From sequence record SRR20825006_483: a DNA stretch of 64,000 nucleotides. One strand, 5' to 3'. This document shows, in pieces, positions 49,025 to 59,557 of this stretch. Under the pieces are notes generated by a model that did no database searches, had not been told where the DNA came from, and saw only the letters and a program-made list of their open reading frames with translations. Every line of letters begins with the position of its first letter. Position 1 is the first letter of the stretch. The translations under genes were made by a program, and so were the position numbers.

Positions 49025-52000
49025 ACCAAAACCTCCGATGTGTTCGCGTCGGACTCGGATGAACTCACAGGCGTTTTGATCTCAGACTCTTGAATGGTCG
49101 CAAACCCGAGGTGGTCACGTTGGCCTCTGTACCAATGCATCGAGGATTGGACCGTTGGGATCTCGCGATCGGTGACCACGTGCGGTTCAAAATGTCCGTC
49201 GATGTATCTCTGGATGGTGGAGGTCGACGGATCGAGGATGGCGAGCTGAACCCAGTTGCCTTCGACCATTCGCCGGATGCCTTCGTTTTCGGAAATGATC
49301 TTTTCAAGCATCTCCGCAGTGGTTTCGATGACAAACAGAATTCGCATCGGTTCGTGAATCTCAACCATTTGCTGTGAGAGACCCGGTCGCAGATCGCTGG
49401 CCGCACCTGTCATGACGCCGACCATGGACGCCACATTGTGCGGCAACTTCGATCCACACCCGTAACCTTCAACGTCCACCGTCGAGAAGTAGTATTCCAA
49501 GCTGATGCCACCGCAAACCGGAATCGCAGCTTGCAAGATGCGAGTGAGAATGTGTCCGTTTTCGTCATCTACCGTCGGGTCGTATTCGGTCACGAATGCT
49601 CGGCGATCCATGAACAAACCGCGCGACCAGTCACGTCGACCCACCGTGACCAATGCGTTGGTCGCGTGGTTGTATTCCGGTCGCGCTTGCGACAAATCTT
49701 CTGCGCGTTCCTCAACATGTTCGAGAGCTTCCTGAGGCGTCAAATCCAATGGAGCCGACTCAAACCGGCGGGCTCGTTCATGAGCGTTGCGGGCTCGCGT
49801 TTCGATGACATCCGATTCAATTCGTCGGAACAGCTCACGAAGTGACCGCGGCAAGAGATCCAAATCGTAGTAGTCGACGTCATCATTGCAGGTGTTGTGA
49901 TAGGCCCCGACAAAGCGAACTTCATCGGGCAGTTCGATTCCCTGTTCGGCAACGCGGCGGCGCACCCGAGGGTCGTTGGCCATCACAGCGAATGCTCTCG
50001 CGTTGGGGCCACCACGACCTCCACTGCAGGCACCACAGTTGTAAGCGGATTCGTGCGGGTTGTTCAGGCTGCCGCTGCCATGACCAAAGAACACGATGAT
50101 GGGCGGGAAGGCATCGACCATGCCGATGTCTTGCAATATGCGGACGACAATTTGGGACATCTCATCGAGGCTGTAACCCATCGACGCCGGATCGGAACCA
50201 GGGTCATCGGCCAGTCGTTCGAGATGCAGCTCAGTTGCTGGCGGACGAACCAAGCTTCCCATCGATTCGCGAATCTGTGATGTCAAACGAGGTGCCAAGA
50301 TGCGAGCGACCATCGGCACCGTCGCGATGGCGCCAAACAAACCAGTGACCCAGCCGCCAATCAACGTCCGTGAGTTTTGATGAACTTGGTGAGCGAACCA
50401 ACCCAGCCGTCGTCGCCGAACTGCACGTCGTTCACCGGCGGCCATCGAAGAAAACAACGGTTCTTCGCGGACGTAGTGTTGTGGTTTTACGATCGCCGGA
50501 CAAAGAGGGCGGAAGCTTGCGTGATCGGCACCCTGGTAGTACATCGCCACGGCAAAGAATCCGGCTGCCGATGCGGTGCGGCAATCCGGAGCGACCTCTT
50601 CCAGATGCCGCCGGAATGATTCTTCGCGGTCGTCGATGCAGAAAATCGCGGCGTAAGCTGGACGTCGTCGCGAATTTGTCGCGAGCTCACGTCGGCGACG
50701 AGAGTGAATTGAAATCGCATCGAGTGCCTGGTTGGCGTAATGGCGTTCGTAGGCGGCATGCAACAACCGGCGGCGATCCAATGACGCGAATGATTCGATT
50801 TCGGTTATCAAGCATCGCCATTGAGCGGACGACATGTTCAGCATCTGCTCGGGAGTCCAGCCTCCCAATTGAGCCAGCTGAAAAACCGTGTGGGTGCGGG
50901 AACGCACGGAGGACGCGGACCGGACGTCCGCCGTGTTCAACGCCAGTCGAAGGATCTCGCTCGCGGTTCCGATGTTGAACTTGGCTTTGCCGAAGTGCTC
51001 AATGGCGTGCGCGAGCAAAATCAAACGGATGGCCAAGTACTCGTTGAGAGATCCCTCGGGGATTGGATTCGCTAAGAATGGACTGTTTGTTTCCATCTGC
51101 CAAATCATTCCTGCCCAACCTCTCAGCGAGAGCAGACACTCGGACAGAAAACCTTCGCACTCATTGTTCGAAATACCCATTCGTTCCAGCGACTGTTCAA
51201 TACTCTGGATGGCATCCCAATCCGGCGACTGGACTTCACGTAGCGACGCGTCGACATGTTTCATCCAGTCCGCACGGATCGCCCACCGACCCAAGTACAA
51301 ATCGGCGAACGCTTTGGCGAAGCCGTTTTCCCGCTCGGGCAGCTTCCAATCCGCGAACCCCTGGTCGAGGAAGCAGCCACAAAAACGAATCAGGACGTCA
51401 TCAATCTTCGTCTTCAGATCAATGCCAAGTTCACCCCGCATCAATCGATGGAGCGAATCATTGCTTGCCGTCTTGGGTGGTTGAACCTCTGCTTTCTCAA
51501 CGCCCTGTTGGCAAGTCTCCCACAACGCGTGCAAGGTGAAGGATTCCCATTGCTGATCATTCCAGCGATGGATTTGGGATTCACCGGTCGCTTTTAAACG
51601 ATCCTGCAGTGGAGCAGGTAGCGGAGATGCCGGATTCGACGATGTGGTGTCCGTGGTGATCGGTTCCAGATGTCGCATCACCCAACCACGTGTTTGGGTG
51701 ATTGTTTTTTCGCGATAGGGCGCGGGAACTTCCTCTCGAAAGCGTTTCAACAATTCGCTCTCGGCCAAGACCCAACTGAGTCCTGATTCGGGCATGGGTT
51801 GCAGTTCGGTCTGCAACATTGACAAACGCAGCGTGTAGCGAGTCCCAAATGTCGCCACCAATTTGTCGGCGTCATCCTGCAAGTCAGCCATCAAGACTTC
51901 GCGAAGATCCTCGCGGCTGATACGACCCCGCAAAAGCTCTTGGTGGTAGCGTTCCTCGCTGAGATAGGGTTCGCAACCAAATCGTCGTCCACCCTCGATC

Positions 52001-52242
52001 ACTGCTTTCTCGAAAGGCAGATCTTCGAAAGCGTGCAGGGTGTTGTGGTGGACGAATACTGAGATAGGGCCCTGCGCAGGCAAAAAGTGACGAGCGTGTT
52101 CGATTGCTTGCAGGACGTTTGTGGCTTGATGTGAAGTGTTTGGTTGAGTGTCCTTGTGAAAGGTGGGAAGTGGTGATTTGAGACGGGTTTGCTGATTGTT
52201 GACTGGTGCGTGGTTTTGGCTCGACGTGTTGCCAGAGCTCAT
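49021..52242 (-). CDS. dabA: DUF2309 (DabA/MpsB) beta-carbonic-anhydrase-like subunit of an inorganic carbon pump
   Basis: [74 protein letters not shown]; Cys/His/Cys zinc ligands intact. Confidence 0.9.
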   Translation of the reverse strand: MSSGNTSSQNHAPVNNQQTRLKSPLPTFHKDTQPNTSHQATNVLQAIEHARHFLPAQGPISVFVHHNTLHAFEDLPFEKAVIEGGRRFGCEPYLSEERYHQELLRGRISREDLREVLMADLQDDADKLVATFGTRYTLRLSMLQTELQPMPESGLSWVLAESELLKRFREEVPAPYREKTITQTRGWVMRHLEPITTDTTSSNPASPLPAPLQDRLKATGESQIHRWNDQQWESFTLHALWETCQQGVEKAEVQPPKTASNDSLHRLMRGELGIDLKTKIDDVLIRFCGCFLDQGFADWKLPERENGFAKAFADLYLGRWAIRADWMKHVDASLREVQSPDWDAIQSIEQSLERMGISNNECEGFLSECLLSLRGWAGMIWQMETNSPFLANPIPEGSLNEYLAIRLILLAHAIEHFGKAKFNIGTASEILRLALNTADVRSASSVRSRTHTVFQLAQLGGWTPEQMLNMSSAQWRCLITEIESFASLDRRRLLHAAYERHYANQALDAISIHSRRRRELATNSRRRPAYAAIFCIDDREESFRRHLEEVAPDCRTASAAGFFAVAMYYQGADHASFRPLCPAIVKPQHYVREEPLFSSMAAGERRAVRRRRLGWFAHQVHQNSRTLIGGWVTGLFGAIATVPMVARILAPRLTSQIRESMGSLVRPPATELHLERLADDPGSDPASMGYSLDEMSQIVVRILQDIGMVDAFPPIIVFFGHGSGSLNNPHESAYNCGACSGGRGGPNARAFAVMANDPRVRRRVAEQGIELPDEVRFVGAYHNTCNDDVDYYDLDLLPRSLRELFRRIESDVIETRARNAHERARRFESAPLDLTPQEALEHVEERAEDLSQARPEYNHATNALVTVGRRDWSRGLFMDRRAFVTEYDPTVDDENGHILTRILQAAIPVCGGISLEYYFSTVDVEGYGCGSKLPHNVASMVGVMTGAASDLRPGLSQQMVEIHEPMRILFVIETTAEMLEKIISENEGIRRMVEGNWVQLAILDPSTSTIQRYIDGHFEPHVVTDREIPTVQSSMHWYRGQRDHLGFATIQESEIKTPVSSSESDANTSEVLV

Positions 52243-52325
52243 CGAGCTTTGTAAGTCGGTTTCAGTTCATATGGGAAACAGCGAGTTCTGCGGTTGCGTC
52301 CAAGAAAACAGAAGGTCGTTGGGAA

Positions 52326-52342
52326 AGCACGTGTTGTGCCAA
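52326..52342 (-). promoter_or_regulatory. Sigma54 (-24/-12) promoter for the dab operon
   Basis: Minus strand TTGGCACAACACGTGCT (GG at 52340-39, GC at 52328-27), about 85 bp upstream of the dabA ATG. Confidence 0.75.
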
Positions 52343-52451
52343 GGGCGGTTCTGGGTGAAAACGAGTGCGACTGGCGAGCTAAAACGGCGTCAAAAACGAA
52401 GTTTTCTGTTCGCTCACTCCATTTCGCTCGCGTTGGATTCTTCCCGAGGTT

Positions 52452-52490
52452 GTGCAGAATGTTGCACAAAATGTGTGCAAAGCATTGCAC
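52452..52490. promoter_or_regulatory. Tandem palindromic enhancer sites (GTGCA-N6-TGCAC x2)
   Basis: GTGCAGAATGTTGCAC (52452-67) and GTGCAAAGCATTGCAC (52475-90). Confidence 0.7.
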
Positions 52491-52532
52491 GCTGGCCGCG
52501 AATGAACATGACCCTTCAACCACGCAATCTCG

Positions 52533-53912
52533 ATGTTTGACAATCACGATGGCCCCAGCGTCAGGGGATTCGCAGCGGTGCTGGCACTGCTGAGTCTGAC
52601 GGCATTCGCGGTCACCGCGTCCATGTTGTACCACGTGCATCATGAACAAGAAATTTTCGCCAAACTGACCCAGCATTTGCCAAAGAGCGATCTCGAGGCG
52701 GCTCGCGAACTGTCAGGCGAACTGAGTCTACAAGGCGGATTGTTGGTTCTGTTGGGGCTCAACACGATCGGCACCGCGATTGCTTTCGCTTGGGTCGTGC
52801 GAGGTTACCTGACCAGTGAACGGACTTTGGAAGACGTCAAAGTTTATTCAGCGGACGTGCTGGCCAGCATGGATGCCGGAGTGATCACCACCGATCGCAA
52901 CGGACGGATGACCAGTATCAACCCGAGTGGAAAGCAGCTGGTCAGTTGCGACGAAGATCATCTGGGACGAACGCTCGAGTCGCTGGGGAAGCGGCACTCA
53001 CTGCTCGCCGAGATTCGCGAAGACGTCGCGACCTATCATCACCCGATTCGCGACCGCGACTACAACCTCGACAATCAAGGCCATCGTCAAACGCTGCGAG
53101 CCGGATGCACTCTGTTGAGGAATCGCAGAGGTGAGGAAATCGGCACCGTCCTGCACGTGCGTGACGTGTCGGAGCGGGCTTTGATGGAAGAACGTCTCCG
53201 CCGAATGGAACGTTACATGGGGTTGGGGTCACTCGCGGCAGGTTTGCAGCACGAGATCAAGAATCCGCTCAGTGCCCTGTCCCTGCATATCCAGTTGCTT
53301 TGCGAACGATTGGAAACGACCACGCAGGACGCGGAAGTCGACGAACTGCTAGACGTTTTGCACACGGAGATCCGCCGTATCAACGACGTCTTGGACGGGT
53401 TCCGCAACTACGCCTCCACCAACCAAGTCGGTCGAACTTCCGTGGACGTGGCGATTTTGATTGAACGATTGGTGCGTTTGCTGCGTCCGCAGGCTGAGCA
53501 GCAATCGGTGAAGCTGGACGTGCAGCTACCCGCTGAAATGGTGGGACTGATTGAGGGTGATTCCGTCGGTCTCGAACAAGTCCTGCTGAACTTGGCGCTC
53601 AACGGAATGGCAGCGATGACTGATGGAGGCAAGCTCACCTTCCGGCTCAGTCGCCAGGACGAGTTCGTTCGGATCGATGTGCGGGACGACGGCATCGGTA
53701 TTCCCGAAGAAATTCGGTCCCAAATTTTTGACCCTTACTTCACGACTCGCAACAACGGCACTGGCATGGGGCTGGCTTTGTGTGACAAGATCGTTCGTCA
53801 GCACGATGGTAGCATCGATTTTCGGGTGATTGAGAACTCCAATCCCGACTCCGACCATTCCGTATTGGGTACCGAGTTCACGGTCCTCCTTCCAATGAGT
53901 CAATCAGCATGA
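52533..53912 (+). CDS. Membrane sensor histidine kinase (2 TM, PAS, HisKA, HATPase; NtrB-like)
   Basis: Two TM helices, PAS (GVITTD..INP..RDVSER), LQHEIKNPL, QVLLNLALN, DDGIGI, FDPYFTT, GTGMGL. Confidence 0.92.
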   Translation: MFDNHDGPSVRGFAAVLALLSLTAFAVTASMLYHVHHEQEIFAKLTQHLPKSDLEAARELSGELSLQGGLLVLLGLNTIGTAIAFAWVVRGYLTSERTLEDVKVYSADVLASMDAGVITTDRNGRMTSINPSGKQLVSCDEDHLGRTLESLGKRHSLLAEIREDVATYHHPIRDRDYNLDNQGHRQTLRAGCTLLRNRRGEEIGTVLHVRDVSERALMEERLRRMERYMGLGSLAAGLQHEIKNPLSALSLHIQLLCERLETTTQDAEVDELLDVLHTEIRRINDVLDGFRNYASTNQVGRTSVDVAILIERLVRLLRPQAEQQSVKLDVQLPAEMVGLIEGDSVGLEQVLLNLALNGMAAMTDGGKLTFRLSRQDEFVRIDVRDDGIGIPEEIRSQIFDPYFTTRNNGTGMGLALCDKIVRQHDGSIDFRVIENSNPDSDHSVLGTEFTVLLPMSQSA

Positions 53913-55276
53913 ACCGCAGCGATTTTTCGGTACTGATCGTCGATGATGAACCCAACATTCGTTCGGGGCTTCAGAAGGGATTGGTCAATGAAGCGGATCG
54001 AATCGAAACCGCAGCCGACGCTGAACAAGGTTTGGCAACGTTTGAATCAGGTGTTTACCAATTGGTGATTGCCGACGTTCGGCTGGGTGGTGGCATGGAC
54101 GGGATCGAATTGCTGGGGCGAATTCGGCACATCGATCCGGAGGTCGCCGTCATCGTCATCACCGCCCACGGCACAGTTGAAACCGCCGTCGATGCGATGC
54201 GTGCCGGCGCGTTTGATTTCATCTCCAAACCGCTCGATTTGAATTTGGTTCGGCAACAGGTTCGGAAAGCCCGAGAGCACCGAGAGCTGCGTCAAGAAAA
54301 CCAGTCTCTGCGAACTCGATTGGCCGACGCCGGTGAGTTGTCAAACATCATCGGTCAGTGTGCCGCGATGCAGGACGTATTTCATCAAATCCGACAGGTC
54401 GCCGCGACCGAAGCCACGGTGATGATCCAGGGAGAGAGCGGTTCGGGCAAAGAATTGGTGGCGCGAGCGTTGCATGATCTGAGCGACCGAAGCGGTGGAC
54501 CATTCGTGGCGGTCAATCTGGGCGCGATGCCCGAGACACTTCTTGAGAGCGAGTTGTTTGGCCACGAAAAAGGATCATTCAGCGGCGCTTCGCGGCAAAA
54601 GCCAGGCTGTTTTGAGCAAGCGACCGGTGGGACTTTGTTTCTCGACGAAGTGACGGAGATGTCAGCGAAAAGCCAAGTGGATTTGCTGAGGGTGTTGGAG
54701 TCACGTCGTTTCACGCGAGTCGGCGGAGAGAAGTTGCTGGAAACGGACGTGCGAGTGGTTTCCGCCACCAACAAATCGGTGCCCGAGTTGATTCAAGACG
54801 GTTCCTTTCGGGAGGATCTTTACTATCGACTGAATGTCATTCCGATCGAAGTGCCGTCGCTTCGTCAGCGTCGCGATGACATCCCTTTGTTGATTGAACA
54901 CTTCCTTCAACATTTCTGTTCGCGTCATGGTCGCCCGATGAAGCAGATTGCTCCGGATGCCATGCGTGTGCTGGTTGGTGCCCAGTGGCCGGGGAACGTC
55001 CGGCAGCTTCGCAATTTGGTCGAGCGATTGGTGGTGACTCACACCGGCGACGTGATCGATTCAAACGAACTACCCACCGATTTGCAGCCGGCCATGACGG
55101 ATCGCGGGGTCAAGACGCTGCCGGCCTCGCTCAGCGAAGCGGTCGAAAACTGCGAACGTGAGATGATCTCGACCATTCTGGCCGAATGCGATTTTCATCG
55201 AGAAAACACGGCCAAGCGGCTCGGTGTCAGCGTCCGGACACTCCACTACAAAATGGGTCGCTACGGTCTGCACTGA
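53909..55276 (+). CDS. Sigma54-dependent NtrC-family response regulator (REC-AAA+-HTH)
   Basis: VDDE, IADVR, GESGSGKEL, ESELFGHEKGSFSGA, GTLFLDE, FREDLYYRLNV, WPGNVRQL, C-terminal HTH TAKRLGVSVRTLHYK. Confidence 0.93.
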   Translation: MNRSDFSVLIVDDEPNIRSGLQKGLVNEADRIETAADAEQGLATFESGVYQLVIADVRLGGGMDGIELLGRIRHIDPEVAVIVITAHGTVETAVDAMRAGAFDFISKPLDLNLVRQQVRKAREHRELRQENQSLRTRLADAGELSNIIGQCAAMQDVFHQIRQVAATEATVMIQGESGSGKELVARALHDLSDRSGGPFVAVNLGAMPETLLESELFGHEKGSFSGASRQKPGCFEQATGGTLFLDEVTEMSAKSQVDLLRVLESRRFTRVGGEKLLETDVRVVSATNKSVPELIQDGSFREDLYYRLNVIPIEVPSLRQRRDDIPLLIEHFLQHFCSRHGRPMKQIAPDAMRVLVGAQWPGNVRQLRNLVERLVVTHTGDVIDSNELPTDLQPAMTDRGVKTLPASLSEAVENCEREMISTILAECDFHRENTAKRLGVSVRTLHYKMGRYGLH

Positions 55277-55279
55277 ATC

Positions 55280-55316
55280 GTGCAATTCTTTGCAGGTTTC
55301 ACGCAATCGTTTGCAC
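55280..55316. promoter_or_regulatory. Second tandem enhancer pair (TGCA-N6-TGCA x2) upstream of sulP
   Basis: GTGCAATTCTTTGCAG (55280-95) and ACGCAATCGTTTGCAC (55301-16); same motif as 52452-52490. Confidence 0.7.
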
Positions 55317-55446
55317 GTCCACGTCGCGGATGTGCAGCCGAAGCGGCAACTCTCTGCGTTTTCCAAAAAAACGAAATAGGTTTCGCCGCGGAAAACGCTG
55401 GCAAAACGAGCGGTCGGTCACCGGTCATGCCAGATGCCAAGTCGGG

Positions 55447-55463
55447 TTGGTACGGCGCCTGCA
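55447..55463 (+). promoter_or_regulatory. Sigma54 (-24/-12) promoter for sulP
   Basis: TTGGTACGGCGCCTGCA (GG at 55449-50, GC at 55461-62), about 60 bp upstream of the ATG. Confidence 0.7.
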
Positions 55464-55523
55464 ATTGAGTGCGTCGGCCTCTGCAATGGCAGAGGTTTTC
55501 ACTCAATTCGCGATGCCGACTTC

Positions 55524-57221
55524 ATGATGAATGCACCTTCGGATTCTTCGACCGCCAGCATGGATACCCCACCCCGCGGTGACATCAGCGGGTTCAAGCG
55601 ATTTCTGAAAGACGATTTGATCGCCGGCGGCTTGGTGTTTTTGATCGCCCTGCCACTGTGTTTGGGGATCTCACTCGCCTCCGGGTTCCCCGCGATTGCC
55701 GGTGTGTTCACCGCGATCGTCGGTTCGATCCTGACGACCTTTTTGAGCAACAGCGAGCTCACCATCAAAGGTCCCGCGGCTGGGATGATCGTGATCGTAC
55801 TGGGTGCCGTGAATAGCTTCGGCTACACCGCCGGAGTGGACCCCGTCGCAGACATGCAAGCGTACAAAATGGCGCTCGCCGTCGGTGTTGTGGCCGGTTT
55901 GGTTCAGATCGCATTCGGCTTGCTACGAGCTGGCATTCTCGGTGACTTCTTCCCGACGGCAGCCGTCCACGGAATGTTGGCGGCGATTGGCGTCATCATC
56001 ATGGTCAAACAACTGCCCATCGTTGTCGGCCAGTCCGCCAGCGGCGAACCGCTTGAAATCTTGCAAGAGCTACCGCACCTCTTGATGAATGCGAATCCCG
56101 AGATCGCATTGATTGGCGGTGTGTCACTGCTGATCCTGTTTGGGTTGGCATTTCTAAAAAGTCGTACCAGCGACGGCTTCATCAACAAGATCCCTGGTCC
56201 GTTGGTGGTTCTGTTGGTCGCAATCCCGATGGGAATGGCGATGAATCTGAGCAGCGACCACACCTACACTCTGATGGGAAAAGAATTCACGGTGGGCGAA
56301 AGCGACTTGGTGACTGTGCCTTTCAACCTGTTTGGTGCGATCACGTTTCCTGATTTTGGTGTCTTCCTCAACAGCGAAACACTTCCCGCTGCTCTGGGCT
56401 GGGTGCTGATGTTTGCGTTGATTGGTTCACTGGAATCGTTGCTCAGCGCTAAAGCAGTCGACATGTTAGATCCCCACAAACGAAAAACCAATCTGGACCG
56501 AGACCTTTGGGCGGTTGGTGTCGGAAACATGGCGGCGTCGTTAATCGGCGGCCTTCCCATGATCTCAGAGATCGTGCGGAGCAAAGCCAACATTGACAAT
56601 CAAGCCAAGACTCGATTCGCGAATATGTGGCACGGAGTCTTCTTATTGGGATTCGTCGCTTTGTTGCCTGGTTTGATCCACAACATTCCGCGAGCGGCGT
56701 TGGCCGCGATGTTGGTCTTCACCGGCTTTCGTTTGGCATCGCCCAGTGAATTCCGAAGTGTGTATCGTGTTGGCCGCGAACAATTGATCATTTTCGCGAC
56801 GACATTGGTTGCCGTCCTCGCCACGGATCTGTTGATCGGAATTGCGATCGGTATTGCGACCAAGTTTGCCATTCACATGATCAATGGAGTTCCTTTGCGA
56901 TCGTTGTTTGTGCCGACGTTGCAATTCGACGAAACGTCCGAAACGGAAGTCAATGTTCATGCAGGCGATTCGGCTGTGTTCAGCAACTGGATTGGTTTTC
57001 GGCGTCAGGTTGTCGAAAAGAGTCTCAAACAAGGCAAGAACTGCACCGTCGATTTCAGCGAAGTTCACTTGATCGATCACAGTGTGATGGAAAAATTGCA
57101 CGAACTCGAAGGCGAATTCGCTCGTGAAGGGATTGAATTGAACGTCGTTGGGATGGATCATCACCAACCGTTCTCACGACACCCGATGGCTGCTCGAAAG
57201 CGATCTCTCGTGAGTCATTGA
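55524..57221 (+). CDS. SulP/SLC26-family anion (probably bicarbonate) transporter with STAS-like C-terminus
   Basis: [66 protein letters not shown]. Confidence 0.9.
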   Translation: MMNAPSDSSTASMDTPPRGDISGFKRFLKDDLIAGGLVFLIALPLCLGISLASGFPAIAGVFTAIVGSILTTFLSNSELTIKGPAAGMIVIVLGAVNSFGYTAGVDPVADMQAYKMALAVGVVAGLVQIAFGLLRAGILGDFFPTAAVHGMLAAIGVIIMVKQLPIVVGQSASGEPLEILQELPHLLMNANPEIALIGGVSLLILFGLAFLKSRTSDGFINKIPGPLVVLLVAIPMGMAMNLSSDHTYTLMGKEFTVGESDLVTVPFNLFGAITFPDFGVFLNSETLPAALGWVLMFALIGSLESLLSAKAVDMLDPHKRKTNLDRDLWAVGVGNMAASLIGGLPMISEIVRSKANIDNQAKTRFANMWHGVFLLGFVALLPGLIHNIPRAALAAMLVFTGFRLASPSEFRSVYRVGREQLIIFATTLVAVLATDLLIGIAIGIATKFAIHMINGVPLRSLFVPTLQFDETSETEVNVHAGDSAVFSNWIGFRRQVVEKSLKQGKNCTVDFSEVHLIDHSVMEKLHELEGEFAREGIELNVVGMDHHQPFSRHPMAARKRSLVSH

Positions 57222-57248
57222 TTCGATCCTTTTGCCCCCTTCGACGTC

Positions 57249-57632
57249 ATGACGCGTCTCTTCGCAGGAACACCGTTTGATATTCCTCCGACCTGCGATT
57301 TGTGCGGTCAGAAGGAATCCGAATGCAAATGCACGCCCCAGCAAAAGGCTGAAGCCGAGGCGCAACAGCAACGGGAAGCCGACCGATTGCCGCCGGAAAA
57401 GCAAACCGCACGTGTTCGATTGGATCGACGTAAAGGTGGCCGAACCGTCACGCTGGTCGAAGGTTTGACGTCCCGGGCGAATGATTTACCCGAATTGCTT
57501 GGAAAGCTGCAATCTGCATGCGGTGCGGGTGGGACGGTGAAGAAGGCGGACGACTTCATCGAACTGCAGGGCGACCACGTGGAACGAGTTCGGCAGAAAC
57601 TTGCCGAGATCGGCTATCGACTTAGGAAGTGA
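57249..57632 (+). CDS. yciH: SUI1/YciH translation initiation factor-like protein
   Basis: RVRLDRRKGGRTVTLVEGL, LQSACGAGGTVK, IELQGDH; N-terminal CDLC..CKC. Confidence 0.85.
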   Translation: MTRLFAGTPFDIPPTCDLCGQKESECKCTPQQKAEAEAQQQREADRLPPEKQTARVRLDRRKGGRTVTLVEGLTSRANDLPELLGKLQSACGAGGTVKKADDFIELQGDHVERVRQKLAEIGYRLRK

Positions 57633-58297
57633 TCCGAAGATAGAAGTCGGCGGATGGTTTCCACCCTCGCACGACTCGTTTGGGTGAGATTTTGTTTTGA
57701 TTGCAGATAGCGTTGTTCCTCCGCCAATCGCTGCAACAACCGTTCGTCCTTTCGCAACAGAAACCACGGCCCAAACATCAGGCCGATGGACTCATCCAAG
57801 CCGACCGCGTTTAGCTTCTGATAGACCGGATCATGTGGTGGTCCAAACCGCGAAAAAACCAACACTTCAAAACGCCGTTTGGTGCCGGTGCACTTTTCAT
57901 CCGTTAGCCAATAGCCGTTGTCTCTTGCCCATTGCCGGACCGAGGCGATCGCTTTATTGGGTTGTAAAACGATCTGTTTGGGCAGTCGGTTCGGATGCTC
58001 ACTGAGAATGCGAACAATGGATTGACCGCCCATGCCACAAATGCTCAGTGAATCAATCTCATTTTCCTCGATGACGTCCATTCCATCGCCGAGTCGAACT
58101 TCCGCGTTGAATCGTTCCAACGTGGCGGAGGAATTCCGATACGGTTGCAGTTTGTTCTCCACCGCGATGCCTCGCTCGATTCGGTCGGCTGACAGCAGAG
58201 CGGCAAGCAGATGCCCATGATCCGATCCAATGTCGGCGTGGGTCTTCCCTCGGATTTCTGCCGCAACCAGTTTGAGGCGGGCATCAAGTCGAGGCAT
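57614..58297 (-). CDS. trmK: tRNA (adenine22-N1)-methyltransferase TrmK family
   Basis: RL..VA, ADIGSDHGHL, RLGDG, ICGMGG..IVRIL, VLQPN. Confidence 0.85.
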   Translation of the reverse strand: MPRLDARLKLVAAEIRGKTHADIGSDHGHLLAALLSADRIERGIAVENKLQPYRNSSATLERFNAEVRLGDGMDVIEENEIDSLSICGMGGQSIVRILSEHPNRLPKQIVLQPNKAIASVRQWARDNGYWLTDEKCTGTKRRFEVLVFSRFGPPHDPVYQKLNAVGLDESIGLMFGPWFLLRKDERLLQRLAEEQRYLQSKQNLTQTSRARVETIRRLLSSDHFLSR

Positions 58298-58303
58298 GGC
58301 AGA

Positions 58304-59557
58304 TCAAAGAGTTTGCGTTCGCAGCGCAGCACGATCGTTGAGGAAATCTCGAAGCTCTTGAGCCAATTGGCCCGCGGACTGGGGGCGTTCCTCGGGATCG
58401 TCGGACAGACATCGAGACAGGATGGATTCGAGTTTCGGGTTGAACTTGGGATTGATTTCGGTCGCCGGTCGCGGATCGGTGTTCGCAATCGCATCGATCG
58501 TTTCTTCGCGGCTCAGCGACAGTGCACCGTGCGGGTGCTCTCGAAGCAGAAACAGATAAAGCATCGTTGCGACTGCGTAAAGGTCCGATCGATGATCGAC
58601 GCTATTTGCGTCACCGCGGGCTTGTTCCGGTGACATGTAAAGTGGTGTACCCAGGACAGCGCCATCGTGGGTGCTGTTTGCCGACACTGGTGATTTGGTT
58701 CGGAACATGGATTTGCTCAATCCAAAATCAACCAACTTGGGTTGTTCGTCGGGACCCACCATGATGTTGGATGGTTTGACGTCTCGATGGATCACACCAT
58801 GATCGTGCGCGTGTTGCAATGCATCGCAAACCATCGCCATCATCTCGATGATGCGAGTCGCACGGGGAGATTCCCGAGCGATGTAATTCGCCAAAGACTC
58901 GCCATCGATCAATTCCATCGCGTAGTAAGCAAGGTCGCGTTCTAGATGGCTCGCATAGATGGTTGCGATTCCCGGATGATCCATTTTTCGCATCACCTGA
59001 ATTTCGCGAGCGAACCGTTCGAAGACCAAATCGGTTGCCAGGTCCGCGCGAATGATCTTGATCGCTGCCGGTTTGCCCGAGGCACGATGCATGCCTTTCC
59101 ACACGGTCGCAAAGGCTCCTCGTCCGATCAGATGATCAATGTCGAAGCCTTCGATTTGAGGTTTCGTCCACTTCATCGGTGGAACGGCTTCGACAATCCG
59201 CCTCGCGGCGGTCAGGCGGCTCTTTAAAAGCGGCGCGACAATTGGTTTTGTTAAATAGTCGTCGGCGCCCGCGTCCAAACCCTGAATCATGTCTTCGTCG
59301 CGATCGCGACTGGTGAGCAGAATGATATAGGTGAATGGGTTTTCGGGATCCTGTTTGATCCGGCGGCAGATTTCGACTCCCTCCATCCCCGGCATCAACC
59401 AATCGAGCAACGCCAACCGAGGCGGGTCGTCGGACTGAAGAAGCTCATAAGCCTCGTTCCCATCCGAAGCCAGCTCGATCCGGTAGCCCCAGTTTTCGAC
59501 AGCCGCCGAAATCAGGTTTCGCCAAACTGGATTGTCGTCAGCGATCAGCAATTTCAT
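58304..59557 (-). CDS. Receiver domain fused to a Ser/Thr protein kinase
   Basis: REC: IADDN, LLDWLMP, LLTS, DYLTKP. Kinase: GRGAFATVW, AIKI, HRDVKPSN, DFG, GTPLYMSPEQ. Confidence 0.92.
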   Translation of the reverse strand: MKLLIADDNPVWRNLISAAVENWGYRIELASDGNEAYELLQSDDPPRLALLDWLMPGMEGVEICRRIKQDPENPFTYIILLTSRDRDEDMIQGLDAGADDYLTKPIVAPLLKSRLTAARRIVEAVPPMKWTKPQIEGFDIDHLIGRGAFATVWKGMHRASGKPAAIKIIRADLATDLVFERFAREIQVMRKMDHPGIATIYASHLERDLAYYAMELIDGESLANYIARESPRATRIIEMMAMVCDALQHAHDHGVIHRDVKPSNIMVGPDEQPKLVDFGLSKSMFRTKSPVSANSTHDGAVLGTPLYMSPEQARGDANSVDHRSDLYAVATMLYLFLLREHPHGALSLSREETIDAIANTDPRPATEINPKFNPKLESILSRCLSDDPEERPQSAGQLAQELRDFLNDRAALRTQTL

